Positions 54,109-54,492 of a DNA stretch of 54,492 nucleotides are shown piece by piece. How positions within the stretch are numbered: the stretch's first letter is position 1; every line of letters starts with the position of its first letter. Source of the stretch: an uncultured Methanoregula sp. (GTDB lineage Archaea > Halobacteriota > Methanomicrobia > Methanomicrobiales > Methanospirillaceae). The stretch spans positions 1 to 54,492 of the forward strand of contig CAZVFG010000001.1 in assembly GCA_964626125.1 (NCBI GenBank), written 5' to 3'. The translations under genes were made by a program, and so were the position numbers. The notes under the pieces are model-generated. The model ran no database searches, was not told the origin of the DNA, and was given only the letters and a program-made list of their open reading frames with translations.

Positions 54109-54492
54109 CCCGCATGAGTATACCGGACACCATTGCATGGGACCCGGAGAAAGAGTGCATCCGCTATATCGACCAGACCCAACTTCCCGGGCACCTGATC
54201 ATCGTGGAGTGCAGGTCTGTACAACAGCTTGCGACAGCAATCCGGCGGCTTGAAGTTCGCGGTGCCCCGGCGCTGGGTGTTGCAGGGGCATTCGGCGTAG
54301 CACTTGCTGCAATGAACTGTAAAAAGAAAGGTCTTACAGTATTTCTTGCCGAAGTGCGCCGGCATGGCAACCTCCTTGCCGCGACCCGCCCGACTGCAAT
54401 CAATCTTTCGTGGGGGGTTAACCGTGTGCTCAACGCGATGGAACCGGCGGAGTCCGTCCGTGATGCAAAGCGGATCGCACTTGCCGAGGCGC
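54105..54492 (+). CDS. MtnA / ribose-1,5-bisphosphate isomerase / eIF-2B-related family protein, N-terminal part (runs off the right edge)
   Basis: Hand-translated: MTRMSIPDTIAWDPEKECIRYIDQTQLPGHLIIVECRSVQQLATAIRRLEVRGAPALGVAGAFGVALAA...TRPTAINLSWG. ATGA overlap with the HdrA-like stop. Confidence 0.8.
   Translation, partial: MTRMSIPDTIAWDPEKECIRYIDQTQLPGHLIIVECRSVQQLATAIRRLEVRGAPALGVAGAFGVALAAMNCKKKGLTVFLAEVRRHGNLLAATRPTAINLSWGVNRVLNAMEPAESVRDAKRIALAEA

Noticed and set aside
1-54492. CRISPR arrays, rRNA genes, IS transposases, inteins, and Sec/Pyl recoding
   Set aside because: I saw no regularly spaced direct repeats, rRNA-like segments or transposase/integrase motifs. I also saw no oversized insertions in conserved proteins and no in-frame TGA/TAG splitting a recognisable gene.

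Overview
This looks like a chromosomal segment of a euryarchaeon, most likely a Methanomicrobia-type methanogen. Supporting genes: proteasome alpha, RNase P Pop5/Rpp30, L15e, L37Ae, RpoP, Pcc1, prefoldin beta, NAC, SBDS, archaeal PPAT, an HdrA-like flavoprotein, lipobox surface proteins, and an intron-containing tRNA-Tyr with a C1:G72 pair. I call about 58 protein genes and 3 tRNAs (Phe, Asp, Tyr). Two CDSs fall below the ORF-track cutoff: RpoP (44 aa) and a YHS/TRASH copper protein (46 aa). I found no rRNA, CRISPR array, transposase or integrase. Most of the window is housekeeping: the archaeal proteasome/RNase P/ribosomal superoperon, MetRS, PyrBI, MoaC, Nnr, TrmI, CimA/LeuA, a Liv-type ABC transporter and a UDP-sugar modification operon. 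There is also a metal block (ferritin, TRASH, CopA, Fe-S flavoprotein) and signalling genes (two tandem REC-PAS-TPR paralogs and a PAS histidine kinase). No multi-gene novel system can be proven from sequence alone. The stretches most worth a second look are: (1) an 893-bp gene-free spacer between converging genes (11958-12850), with an extremely AT-rich core bordered by a perfect ORB-core-like dyad TTCCAGTGGAAAC, a candidate replication origin or origin remnant; (2) an AT-rich patch (27.2-28.1 kb) encoding a membrane-anchored protein with a duplicated CX3C-X6-CX3C motif, next to an uncharacterised 263-aa protein, a DHH phosphoesterase and tRNA-Phe; (3) a second convergent spacer (46349-46886) full of G5-7/C5-7 runs, with a 13-nt inverted-repeat pair about 290 bp apart, a GC hairpin and a G-quadruplex motif; (4) a low-GC orphan protein with a nuclease-like N-terminus at the left edge; (5) an exosome-less version of the superoperon; (6) a translationally coupled gamma-CA / short HdrA-like / MtnA-like trio. 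Two genes look affected by 1-nt indels (permease start, flavoprotein 3' end). All GC statements are by-eye estimates, and all homology statements come from motif recognition, not searches.
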